A program made the position numbers and the translations under genes. Positions 40,951 to 56,548 of a stretch of 64,000 bases of DNA are shown here, in pieces (the stretch's first letter is position 1; the number at the start of each line of letters is the position of its first letter). The DNA is from Chrysomallon squamiferum (lineage: Eukaryota; Animalia; Mollusca): the NCBI GenBank assembly GCA_012295275.1, contig CM022667.1:15872001-15936000 (forward strand), given 5' to 3'. The notes beneath the pieces were generated by a model. It was not told where the DNA came from. It worked only from the letters and a program-made list of their open reading frames with translations, and did no database searches.

Positions 40951-41174
40951 TTGTGTATATTATTATTATATATTTGTGTATATTATTATTATAGTGCGTT
41001 TGGTTTTTTAATCTGTATTAGTTCTATTTAAAACCTACAGGGATAAAATATTTACAAGAAATTAATCAAAATAGTATCAAATATACATTATTATTGTTTT
41101 TGTCGTTCTTCTTGCAGTCTCAAATACGTCTTACAAATATTAAAATTTAAAAAATATGAAAATTTTCTGAGCGT

Positions 41175-41315
41175 CTTCGGAGTCGGCGCCTTGTGATAGG
41201 TTCTGTCCAGTTTGTTTTGAGTGTACACTCGACGTTTAATGATCACGGTGTCCAGCATGTCGTCCGACGTTTTCTCGTCCAGCGGAACGTCCATGTTTGC
41301 TGAAGAGTCCTGATC
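41175..41315 (-). pseudogene. SLC26 copy C: first 47 codons of the main exon only (internal-deletion pseudogene)
   Basis: tttgcAG|DQDSSANMDVPLDEKTSDDMLDTVIIKRRVYTQNKLDRTYHKAPTPK, then fused to 3'-flank sequence (homologous to ~9548 onward and ~52815 onward). Upstream intron homology at 41316-42200 and 42850-43950. No start micro-exon seen. Confidence 0.92.
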
Positions 41316-42769
41316 CTGCAAATAGACGAATTTATTGCTAAATAATTTTTTTTTATTTAACAAAGCTTTCTTATTCGAAAGTCACATTATTCTATTTTGA
41401 TAAGAAAGAAATAAAATATATTAGAGTAGGTAGTACTGAAGTATATATATAGATATATAATTATACATTACATTTCAGTGAAGTTCACAATTCGATCTCT
41501 ACATGTTAAACAGTAATTTTGTCAGAGTTTTGAAAAATAAAATACAAAATGGTAAATTCTTTTCACTAAGGCACTGGCAGTGAGAAAATAAGAGTTGGAG
41601 GAAAGTAAGAGGAGCAAAAAAGAAAGTATTAATTTTCAAGAAATCACTGTGTTGAGAAAGAGAAGCGACAAAATACTGAGAGAGGACAAAAATTAGTAGA
41701 TATGTGGGTGTGCTGTGAGTGGAGCTGAGTGCGTGTGAGTACAGAGGTATCTGTGATGTCAGAGAAAAGAGAGAATTCTTTTTTAGAATAAACATGTAGT
41801 TAATCGATATTTTCCTTCCAAAGATACGTAGTAACAACAACAGGCGCCAACTTCAGAACAGATTCTTTTCTTTGGTAAACTCAACTGAATTGCGATCGAA
41901 CGATTACAGTAATATAAAGTATTTCACATGCTTGTTTAATCTGCTCCACGATGGTTAAACATTATGCTATACATAATTCTTACGTTGTTAATCTGTGTGC
42001 ACCTCTTAGAGTCAACAGTGTATTTCTTATTATTAGTTATTCTGTTTTTGTTTTTGTTTTGTTACTTCTACAATATTCCTACTATAATTAGACTAGTCTA
42101 TTAAAAGACAGGTTTATATTTAGGATTCACATGGGGCCAAAGAGATATGTCGAGTTCGACAACGTGTGGTCTATAAAGAATAAACTAAATGTTGTTTTAA
42201 TCTGTCCTATATTCAGGTCAACATTTACATGTGCGAACGTGTAGAAAATCCCGTCTGCTCAGTCGTGTTTGGTTTTGTTTGCAAACAAATGTTTGATGTT
42301 GTTAGCAAACATGACCTAATATTACTATACTGTCAAAACGTGACTATATAGTCATATCTAATTGTTTGGTAAGTAAAAATCAGGAAAAAAAATATGAGCA
42401 TATGAAACAGTGTTTTATTTTTCCTTTTTTTATTCTATTTTTTTTGGGGGGGTTGTTATTTTTTTTATTCACTTTTTGTTTTGTTTTTTTAATTAGTTTC
42501 AGTTTAAGTTTTTATTTCTTTTTATTTTATTTTATCTGCCTTTAATTATTTCTATGTAGCTTTTATCGAAGACAGATACAACGCACACTGTGTAATTAAT
42601 TTATTTAGAAAAATGTATACCATAGCGTAATGGAGTCCCTCTCATTTTTGAAATTTAGGATCAGCGCTAATATCACTGGTTTGACATATAGTGGTGAAAA
42701 GGTTGTAGTATCATTGCCAACACTAAATAATCACCTAGGCCATTAAATAAATTATTAAATGTCAGATTT

Positions 42770-42800
<31 letters not shown>

Positions 42801-43414
42801 TGAAAGAGAGTTACAATAATGTTTATACTGTACAACAATAGAGGCAGTACCTATTAAAAAATAAACTGAATTTCGAATGCATGCCCAAATTAAAACAAGC
42901 GTTAAATATTTAAATATTCTCTTCTTGTGTCATTGCAAACGTTTTAACCTTTAATCACATTGTAGAAACAGTCACAAAGAACAAACTAGATCAATTAAAT
43001 GTGTGTGAGTGGGCGAGTGAAATTGTGGCAGTGTGTCCATCTGTGTATGTTGTGTGTATATGTACGTGTTTACGTGTGTATCATTATATATAGACAGACA
43101 GGCGGACAGAAAGATAGACAAAAGAAGCATACACACACACAGTGAAAGACAAAGATATCAACCAAAAAAAAAAAGAAAAGTACTTTCCTCCGCATACACA
43201 CACACACAAACAGACAAAAAAAATGCATTCACAGAAAACTATTTGACAGTAATACATACATAAAACTCTCATACATCACATATACAGATATATTTTTTCA
43301 CATAAAAAGAATACTTTCACACTATACGTAGAAAAAAAAAACCCTTTCATACGCTGTACATTTAAGTAGAACTTTTTGGTATATGTATATATGTATGTAA
43401 GCCAGAGAGAGTGA

Positions 43415-43522
<108 letters not shown>

Positions 43523-44199
43523 ATTCTTTATGTAATCCACGTTATTACGTTTCAGTGTATTATGATAGCTATAAACCTCTACCAGATTATCAACGAGCGT
43601 GAAGTAGGCTACAGTACGGAGATGTGTAGAGGAATGTTTAAATATCTGTTTATCTCCAGATTTTTTAACTGTTTGTCTGTACTGCGTGTACATCTGTCTG
43701 TCTGTCTCTCCATCCATTTTCCTATAAATACAACTCTTCATAAAATCTATTAGCATTTGAATTTCTTTTCATCATTTTTGACATTAGGTGTCGGTAAAGC
43801 AAAGAATGAACTCACCATGACCTAAACGGATAAGAACTTTGCTGACAGTTAACCAACTGATTGCTAAATTATTTCCTACAGCCAATAATATTAACAATGG
43901 TCTAAGCAATACAGTTTTTAAATCATAATACAGATAATTATACTTTTACTAAAAATAAAAAATCCATTTATTTGGTTTTACGTGACGTAGAGTAAAAAAA
44001 AGAGAGATGAGGCGTGTAGAAAGCTTTAATGTGTGTATGCGTATGTGTGTGTACGTATGTGTGTGTACGTATGTGTGTTTGTATGTCTGCATGTGTATGC
44101 GTATGTGTGTGTACGTATGTGTGTTTGTATGTCTGCATGTGTGTGTGGATGTGTGTGTGTGTGAGAGAGAGAGACAGACCGACTGACTGACAAACAGAG

Positions 44200-45890
<1,691 letters not shown>

Positions 45891-46092
45891 AATAATTTCG
45901 CAGCTTTTATTTTTTATTTTTTTAAAGTTCGATTACACTGAGACGGTTTTTTGTTGTTGTTGTTTTGTTAAATCGATATTCTTTTTCATTTTCAAAATAT
46001 ATATATATACAATGCTAATATATATATATACAATACAGAAAACATTTCTGAAGAAATTATTTTGCTATTTATTATTTATATTTATTTATTTA

Positions 46093-46127
<35 letters not shown>

Positions 46128-46362
46128 TATTACTGTTATTTTTCTTGTCAAACTAAGAGACTCAGTCAAACTAGATCTTTTTAAATCATTAACTGTTACA
46201 TTAAATCATTAAAGAAAGATAACTTGTAAGACGTACAAACAAATTAAACAAAACTAGGGGCTGATAGCGGCCTACGTTGTAACAGCTTGATTCTAAGTAA
46301 AGTTTTACTTTTATTTATAAATAATTTATAAATATATGGATTTCAAATTTTATTATTATTAC

Positions 46363-46420
<58 letters not shown>

Positions 46421-47144
46421 ACGCTTTAATACCCTATATTTATTTTTACGTCCATCCGATATTTAGTGTCCACTGAAGTCTTAAAGACGTTAAAGATTGA
46501 TTGACTTATTCTTTATCCACTTATTTATTTATTTGTTAATTTAATTTTAATTTTATTTTATTTTTTTTTTCATCGAAATGCTAAAGTGGTGTTATCATGT
46601 AACAACCACTTTTATGAAATGAACGGGAAGTACATAATAAAAAAAAATTTCCTTTTTAATGACTTTTAAAACTTTAATGCACTTACCAATTTCTCTATGA
46701 ACCTGTCATTTTTTCGTACATGAATTTGTCAAAAACTGTTGCAAAACAAAAAAAAAAAAAAAAACAACCTAAAGTAAAAAAAAAAAAAAAAAAACGAAGG
46801 AAGAAAGGCGAGAAACATTTAGAGAAAAAAAAATGTACTTTGCCCCTTCGATCCGTATGACACAAAGTTTGTCTCATTCCTGTCATACTACAGTGCAAAG
46901 TTCAAATCAGACTGCAATGTACTGCATTTCAAATAGCACTTATTTCAAAAAGTATCACCGATATAATTTAATTTATATTTTTGTTTGTTTTATTTTGTTT
47001 TTACACATACATAAAATAAATAAAAAAATTATCTTGAAAATATTGCTTGATCACTGGCTGAATAATAATATATTATTTTTTAACAAAAAAAAAATTTTAT
47101 ATGGATGAAAGTTTGAAAAAACACATTTTTAAAAATTTCAGATA

Positions 47145-47190
<46 letters not shown>

Positions 47191-47457
47191 GTGGTGGTAG
47201 TAGTAGTAGTGATAGTAGTGGTAGTAGTAATGTGGTGAGGGTGATGTTATAATAAGCAAAATGCATGAGGTATATAAATAATTAGCTTTACTGTACTGAA
47301 ATTTAAAAAATAAAAAAATATTCAGTGACACATTGTCTTTATTTCCATATTACCGTTTTCTTTAATTTTGTGTACATCTTTCAAGAGTTATCTTTCTTTA
47401 ATTAGTATCTGGTTTGATTGAGTCTCTTAACTGACAAGAAAAATACTATAGTAAAAA

Positions 47458-47517
<60 letters not shown>

Positions 47518-47731
47518 AATAAAATAAATAAAATAATTAATTAAATAAAAAGAAAAATGTTGTTGTTGTTATTTATAGCAGTTCTTTATTATTTGTTGTT
47601 ATTTTCATTCCCGTTCAAAAAAAAAAAAAAAAAAAAAGGAGAAAAAAAAAGAAGGCTCTTACCAGATAACAACATTTTAGCATTAGCATGCAAATGGAGA
47701 AAAAAAAAAGTAATAATAATAATAATAAAAT

Positions 47732-47762
<31 letters not shown>

Positions 47763-47959
47763 ATAAATAAGTGGATGAAAAATAAGTCAATCAGTCTTTA
47801 AGACATCAATGAACACTGAACGGGCGTATAAATAAACGTATTGTATTAAATCATTCTAATTCTATTATATTAAAGCATTCTAATTCAAAAATAATAATAA
47901 TAATAATAACAGCAACAACAACAATACTATCAGTATATTTTTTTTTATTATTATTGTTG

Positions 47960-48024
<65 letters not shown>

Positions 48025-48433
48025 ACAGTGAGAATGATGTTATATAAGCAAAATGTATGAGGTCTAAAAATATTTAGTTTTACTGTATTGAAAAAAAACA
48101 AAAACAATTCAGTGAAACAGTGTTTTTATTGCCATATAATTTTAACTACCTGAACTTAACAATTATTTATAAACAGAAGTACATACTTAGTCCTAAAATC
48201 AAGCTGTTACTTGATTTCTGTCGCAAAATAGTGTGAAAGTTTTGTACACCTTTCAAGAGTTATCTTTCTTCAATTAGCTTCTACAGGAAAGAGAACAATT
48301 AATGAATTAAAAAATCTGTTTGGACTGAGTCACTTAGTTAAGAAAAATAATATATTAATAAATAATAATAAAAATTAAAAACAAAATAGAAATTATTAAT
48401 AAAAATTAATAAATAAATAAATAAATAAACAAA

Positions 48434-48510
<77 letters not shown>

Positions 48511-49646
48511 AATAATAATAAATAAATAAAAAAAGAAAAATGTTGTTCTTGTGTTGTTATTTATAGCAGAAGTAGTTGTTGTAACACCAGTAGTAGCAAT
48601 AAGAGCAGCAGCAGTAGCTGCAGCAATAGTAACAGTAAGAGCAGCAGCAACAGTTTAGCGATAGCAGTAACAGTGTTTCTAGAAGCAACAGTCGCAAAGT
48701 AGTGTTGTATATACATACACATATACACCATACATCCTTTTTTTATTATTATTTTTTTTTTTACCTTTAAGGATGAATTCGTTTTATTTTATCTTAAAGT
48801 TTCGTTTCAATGATTTAATAACATCTTTTTTATATTCAACGTAACATCATATCACAACGGATTACATAATTCTTGCCAGAGGCGAGCGTTGGTTGCTAGT
48901 TTATTGCACTCTCTAATCCGTGAAAATTAGCGATTCCCCGATCCCTTCCACTAGTCCAGAAGTGAATCAAAGAATATGCGCACATGGTAACCGCCCCTGT
49001 TGCCCCGCCCACACATAACGTAAGAACGATCCAGTATGTGTTGTCGACATCATTAACAATTGTTTTTATGACGTCACTCTTGACTACACAATCAAACACT
49101 AAACGAGGACGTCTACTTTTGAAGTAAGAGTTGTTTATTAATATTAAGTTTATTACTCTATATTGTTAAGTTTACTTTTATTACTCTATAATTGCCCATG
49201 TTGTTGTTGTTTTATATACATATACATTTACTGTTTTGTAACATGTAAGTGTGAATATATGTGGACATGTGTATGTAGATTTATGTATATACTATGTATG
49301 TGTATGCATCCATGTATTTATGTATGTATGTATTTATTTATGTATGTATGTATGTATGTATGTATGTATGTATGTATGTATGTATGCATGTATGATCGTA
49401 CTTACACATGTTGTGTGGTATTATTTATGAGCGTAGGGAGCCGTTCTTACTGCTCTTAGTTTGTTAAATTTGTAACAAAAATAACAATCATTTGAAAAGC
49501 ATTTTCGTTAACTGAAGATACCTAAGTATTAACCGTAAGAGGGTGTTAATGAAATTGCATAATATAATTAGATAAGAGAGTATTTTGTTGTTTTTATGCT
49601 TTCTTTAAAAAAAAAATATATATATAGTGTTTTGACATATAAATGA

Positions 49647-50810
49647 CGATTCTAGAACTAATTGCTCCCCGGACAACTCTTCATCAGCACTGTAACAAAC
49701 TGCCAAACTTGTGAGTTGAATTTGGCGCCAGATGCATTGGCTCAGATGAAAGAAGCATCCAGTCGCAATACAGTTCGGGAAAACCGTTCAAATGAATTTT
49801 TCCGTACAATTTCGAAACCTGTCGTGACAGCTTGCAGATTCAATGTGTCCTTCACTTCCACTAACTTATTCAGTAGCTGGTTGAAGGTTGCTTCCGTCTT
49901 GTTTGGAAGTAATGAATGTATAGTGAACAGCTGAAAAACTGTTCTGGAGCAGTTTTAAATGTCCCATCCGCAAACCAGTTCGATGGTGATGCCAGTAGTA
50001 TTAGTGGCATATATCAGGAAGAGCTGTCCTGTCAATGTTTGCTGATACTCGGTTGGTAGGACAGCGTCGGCTCGTGTTGCTGGGATGGGCAGCGGATTGC
50101 CCGCCTCATGTCTGTTCCGGCGAACAGCTCATCTGATGTTGTGTACTTCTGACAACTGTACTGCAGCACCTACAATGACAAGAAAAATCATGTAATAAAT
50201 AAATGATTGTATGCAGTTTTGCAGTTATGCAGTTTTGCAGTTTTTTTGATATCTGTACTTTATTTTTGATTCAAATTAAATATTTACCTTCCAAGGCACC
50301 TGCGACTGCTTGTGTAATGATGATCTGTGGTGTTTCTTCTGTTGTCTCAGCTCGTCTTTTCGTAGTTGGTCTGATCTTGATAAATCTCTTTACGAGCTAC
50401 AATTTCTTCACCAAGAACTTTGACTTTAGCTTTACAACCATGGTGCCTTCTTTTTTCACACTCATTCGAAATCACTCCACCTCTGAGTTCCTTCTATCGG
50501 TCATTCACATAGTTTTCGAAGGCAAGTTTTGGATGACCACGCTCTGAATCAGTGAACTCCATCCTACAGAAAAGAATATTTTATGAATTAATAATTAGCT
50601 GACAGTTAGCCCATGTCTGTCCTGTACGTTGTAAAACTTATCTACCCAACCAAAAAATGATCTCTGCTTGTATGCTCTAGGAAAGACCCAATAGGGGTTC
50701 TTTTAAAAATCCTTTCTAACAGTGGTAGGAACTTTTGTAATATATTAGAGGAGACTGTTATCTCCATCACAGTTCGGAATGGTGGGGGGGGGGGCAGTTG
50801 TCCTGACACG
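49647..50810 (-). mobile_element. Decayed Mutator-like (MULE) DNA transposon with FLYWCH-type N-terminus
   Basis: Minus-strand fragments MEFTDSERGHPKLAFENY..C.KRR..GCKAKV (ATG 50562), WFADGTFKTAP (~49950-49980), LLPNKTEAT, TGFE, GCFFHLSQCIWRQIQ (~49715-49760), with stops and frameshifts. GT-AG intron 50170-50287. Related termini (ggacaact motif) and a candidate 8-bp TSD ataaatga (49639-49646) / atagatga (50811-50818). Confidence 0.85.
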
Positions 50811-52638
50811 ATAGATGACGTATGTTCAGAAGTTCACATCTTCTTAGTAAAATACTCGGAACACTACAAAAAAACAAACAAAAAAACTAGGCATTACTTT
50901 CGCCGCACACCATATCTAGGTATGTTTGTGTATGGCGATTTGATCGCAGAACCGACCAGTCTTTAGACATTTAGTTTAACCGCAGAGCCTATTCAGCTTT
51001 CTGTTTGAGTACAGTAAAGCTGAATATTGTTATACCTCACGCATTTTACTTATATAACATGTGATGATGATAATAATAATAATAATAATAATAATAAACA
51101 AATATCCTGATTTTATTATTATTATTATTATTATTATTAATTTTCTTTTTAGAATTAGAACGCTTTAATACAATACATTTAGTTCAGTGGTCATTGAAGT
51201 CTTAAAGACTGTCCTATTTTTCATCCACTTATTTTTCTATTTATTTGTTTATTTTATTTTATTTATTAGGATACTAGACGAACTATGATATACTGATATT
51301 AAGAACGGTATAAAACATTCAGATCTACAAGAACTCGATATATAGGAAAACACTCGTGGTAAAAGAGCTTAACAAAAGAGATAAGGCTGATATAATTTAT
51401 GTTGGTACATGACATTAATCTTCCCAAGGTGAAAACAACAACCCCAAAAAATATAATTGTAAATAAAAATGATATACATATATATACACTCATGACACTG
51501 GGAGGTGTTATACAGACATGTAATTTATCCTCCATGTTGAATCATAATTATGCCCTGTTTTGGACACATGACGCTAGATTGATTACACCTGTGTTTTCCG
51601 AGAGGTCATCTGCCTTGAAAACTTCGTCTTGGAAACTATGAGACCGACCTTCGTCCAGAACATGTCAATAAGTAAACGTGATATTTTTATATTATATCAA
51701 TATGACATGGTCCGATCCGAGCTACGTAAGCCGACGGCGGTTCAGAAAGGGCAAACAGTTCTGTACATTATAAAACAGCACATTTTCTGCAGTCTTTAAT
51801 ATTCCACGTCTTCTGTTCTTCATTAATTTTTCTTAAAATCTTTTAAAATCTTTTTTTTTTTTTTTTATAAATCTTTTTTATTTTCTAAAACATTGTTTTT
51901 TGCAAATTTTTATAAATACACTTTTTTTTTTTATTTTTTTTTTTTTTTTCAACTTTTGTTTTTGCATGAGAACGATATTTTTCATTGCAGCTGTTGCTGT
52001 CATTAATGAATCAAAGGCTTTATGTGGATATCATGTAGTTAAAAGAATATAAAAATTAAAAGTAACTGTAACTGATTTATATTTCAGGTCATCATTATAC
52101 AATGTCCACTTCAGTAATCATTAATATTAAACGTTAAATCATTATACAATTTTTTTTTCTTTTTTCTTTTTGTTTCTTTTATTCTTTCGTTGCTTCCTTA
52201 TGATTAATATCATGATTATTAAAACACACACACAGACACACACACACACACACACACAGACAGACACACACACACACTACCTAGAGATCATGATATGGAA
52301 TTTAATTATAATTTAATTTTATTGTCGAAGTCTGGTAGCTGGCTTTGTCTGTAGAACGCTAATGCGTGGCGTATTTCACAGTACATGTATCTGGTTACGG
52401 CAGAAAATAATATTATACATGTATTAATATTCAGTATTATTATCATCATGTTTAAACAGTTATTACTGTTGACGTGTTAATCCACTAAATACAGTTTTGT
52501 TAAGACAGACTGTTTTATTTGCTTCTAGCCATTGCTCTGATTTGTTTGTCGTCAACATCACGTGGATTTTTCCAGATTTGTTGCATCTATCATTCTGTCA
52601 GCTGCTGTATTTGTAATAATAAACAAACATATACAAAA

Positions 52639-52695
<57 letters not shown>

Positions 52696-53011
52696 GGATA
52701 AATAAACAGTCCAACCAGTTTATGACCAACACAGAGAACTGATTGTGGTTCTTTTTCTTTTGTTCGTATGATATCATTTGCATGCATACCTTTGTTTTAT
52801 ACTCATCAACTAGGACACTCACAAAGTTTATATTTTTTAAATTTTATTATTATTTAAATCTTGTGACACTACCAACAACAGCAGCAACAACATTAACAAC
52901 AACTAATAATAACGTATATTAGATAATATTTTGATTAATTTCTTATAAATATGTATCCCCTTTAGGTTTTAAATATAACTAATACAAATTAAAAATCAAA
53001 TACACTATTAT

Positions 53012-53057
<46 letters not shown>

Positions 53058-55632
53058 TATAATGACAGAATATATATATCTATTTTCCTTCCTCAGTGGT
53101 ACAAATATCTATCCATTATCTTAAATCCAGGACAATGCGTGTTTACGACAAACATAAAAAAAGATTCAGTGGATCTGAATACCTTTCAAATGACTGACTG
53201 ATTCTTTTACCTCTTATTCAAGTATATAGAGCATAAAGTTCTAACATGGACACGGGGACGAAGGCGTTAACACAGGTACGTGACATACTGTAAGAAAAAT
53301 AATTAGATTGGAAAAAATTAACTGAGTTCAGGCTCCCTTTCAACGAGACCCTTAATAAACCAGTAATCGCTATTGTCAACCGTCTTTCAACTGTCACATA
53401 TTCTTTGAACCATGCAATCATGAATTCAAAGCATTTGTTAGAACTGAAAATAACAGTCTTAAAGCCATGTAATGGGACAAAATCTTAAATGTTGCTCTGT
53501 GACTGCAAGAAAAATGTAAATCGTTATGAATTCTTTAAACCATTAAAATGACACTTCGAGCCAAAAGAATAGCACAACTTTTAGAATGAGTTAGAACGGT
53601 AGAATTATAAAAAATATCGCTTAGTGAGAGATAAAAGAAGAAAAAAAAAAAACGTTACGGGCGTTTCTTTAGTTATGTGTCTATAAATGAGTGTCTATGT
53701 TTTCTTCTGTTTCATTTTCCTTTATAGCCTGCAACATTATTATTATTATTATTATTTTTTGTTTTTAATTTTAATTTATTCATTTAAAATATCTTTTATT
53801 TCTTTATTTATTCTTTTGTTAAAGCGTTTTGTATTCAAAATGAAACCTTGCCTGTATTCTCAACTGCAAAAAAACAAACAAAATAAAAATAAAAAATATA
53901 AATAAATGATAATAAAAATAAAATAAAAAAAGAATAACAAAAGCAACAATAAATAAATAAATGAATAAATAAATAAATAAATAAACAAAAGGACCCCAGA
54001 AATTACATAAAAGAAATGAAAATTAAATCATAAACAAACATAAAACTAAACATATGTCTGTCGCTCAGCCAGTTTGCTGACTGATTAAAATGAATCATAT
54101 CTGTTTAAATCAGTGTTAAACTACGCACATTTATTATGCATCACAGATCAGTGGGTTGGAGAGATGCCGCGATACGCACTTAACAACGTGATTTGCTGAG
54201 TACTTACAACCTTGGCCTATTTCAGATTTATTAAACATTTTTGAGGCCACATAATTCACGTTTTATTTCGGAGGTATATGAGAAGTGCACAAAGGTCCTC
54301 CTATGACAAAGCTGTTCAAGAAATATTTGTTAACATTTTTTTTTTTTTATATGCTGTAAAAAGTAAACAAATCAATAAATGAATCGTACATAATTACTGC
54401 TTACTCAGGAAAAAACAAAAAGAAACCCACCTACTTCGGTTATGTACAACTGCTAAGAAGATATAGGTCTGAAGGTTATTGCAAGGTTACTGTTGAGTAA
54501 TAGATGAATAAATTTACACAAAAGATTTAGAAACGAATAAAAAAATGTTGAGTGTTTGAAAGTAATAAATTCAAAATGGCTACCATTTCTACTTTTAAGC
54601 GGACGATTGCGAAGTTTAAAACGAATTTAAAAAAATATAATATATCTTTTGTTGCCTATGCAAGAAATGAAAGAAAGAAAGGTGACGTTATTAATTTATA
54701 TTTCTTGTGTTGCTGTTTTATCGCTGTTAGAAATATGCCCCGAGACGACTCAAACACTGAGTGACCTTCACCTGAAACGATTCTCATTTAAGCGACGCTG
54801 AACGACGGATCCGTAAGACCAGCTTGTTCAGAATCGATTGAACATCGGCATTAATCGACATTTTACGTAATTTACTGTCACATTAACAAACATTATTTAC
54901 GTTTAAGCTTGAAATATATACTGCATTGATTTTTTTTTCCTTAAATGAAATAGTCATGGATTTTTTTCCTTCTTTTTTTCAGTCAGCAATTCATCTGAAT
55001 ACATCACAAATGTACAGCGCACGATCGTTCTATTTATGTTTCCTGTGTACCTATGTCTGCGCATTTTATAAAGGTGATAATGACATGGAGGACAGAATTG
55101 GAAGAATGTGGTTCGCTTCACCATGTAGTCGCAATATTCAAAAATATTTTACTCATTTTAACAATGACAGCACAAACACACACAAACACATTACTTAACT
55201 AACACACAATTACACGTTGATAAATTACTATGACATTGCACTTGATTTTATTTTTAAATCTTTAACTTTAAAACGTTTATATTTTAAAAAATATTTAACT
55301 CTTTTCTTTTTTCTTTTTTATATTTTTCCTTTCTTACAAAAAAAAAAATAAATAAATAAATAAGAATACTATACATGTATCAGTTTGTTTTAAACATAAT
55401 TATATCATACAAAATGGATATGATCTGAGTGTAAACAGAATTAGATCAGTTCAGTACACAACGGCATTTGGTACAAAACCCCGCCGCGATCTCCCTCCAA
55501 ATTCCCGATCCAACCAGAGACATACGTCTGCAGGTTTCATTCTCTCAGAGAATTATAATACAAAAATAAAAATATGAGACACATGCGAAATTTGAAATAG
55601 GAACATTAAAAGGAATAGTGATGCAGACGTAG

Positions 55633-55720
<88 letters not shown>

Positions 55721-56496
55721 CACTCTACTATAAAATTATTTTCATTGTTAGGCTAAATTAATTTATTTACTTCTCAGTTTTCGCCCTTAACTCTTCTTTA
55801 GTTACCGTCAACATCAAGCATCCGTATAAACATCACCTGAGCAGGTTTCACTTTACTTCATCTACGGCGAGTAAGGCCCGAACCTTGACAGGTGTTATGT
55901 TGAGTAGTTTTTGTGAGAAGCGTAACTCTGGAAGTGTACAAGTAGGTCAGGCGGCTTTCGTACAACGTCGTCAATAAGTTGTTTGCAGCGTAACAAAAAT
56001 CTGGGTTAACTGTCTATTCGGTCAGTTGCATCACGTTTACCGCCAGCAGTTTATTATTTACTTCTTTTTTTTTTTTTTTTTTTTAAATCTTTTTTTTTTA
56101 TTTTTTTTTTTATTTCTTCTTCTTCTTTAAGAGATAGGGCGAACGAGCACACAGACACAGAGAGACGGAGTGAGAAAGAAAACTGAGATAGTGACCATGT
56201 AAATAAAATCAGTAATGATAAAGATCATTTGAACCAGAAAACAATAAAAAAATAAACCAAGTAAAAACAAAGAAAGAAAATGTAGAAAGTTAAAAGAAGT
56301 AAGAAAACTAAAAGTAAAAAGATAAATAGATGTTAATTAGAAGAAGAAGAAGAAGAAGAAGAAGAAGAAGAAGAAGAAGAAGAAGGAAAGAAAGAAAGAA
56401 AGAAAGAAGGAAAGGAAGAAAGTGTATGACTGAACAAAACATAGCAGGATATATGGAATAAAATGAACTGATTCTCTTTTGTGAATATATTGGTTA

Positions 56497-56548
<52 letters not shown>

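Noticed and set aside
54252-54875. taattcac/taatttac as an 8-bp target-site duplication
   Set aside because: The empty site in the other module copies does not contain this 8-mer, and the insert ends show no inverted repeats.
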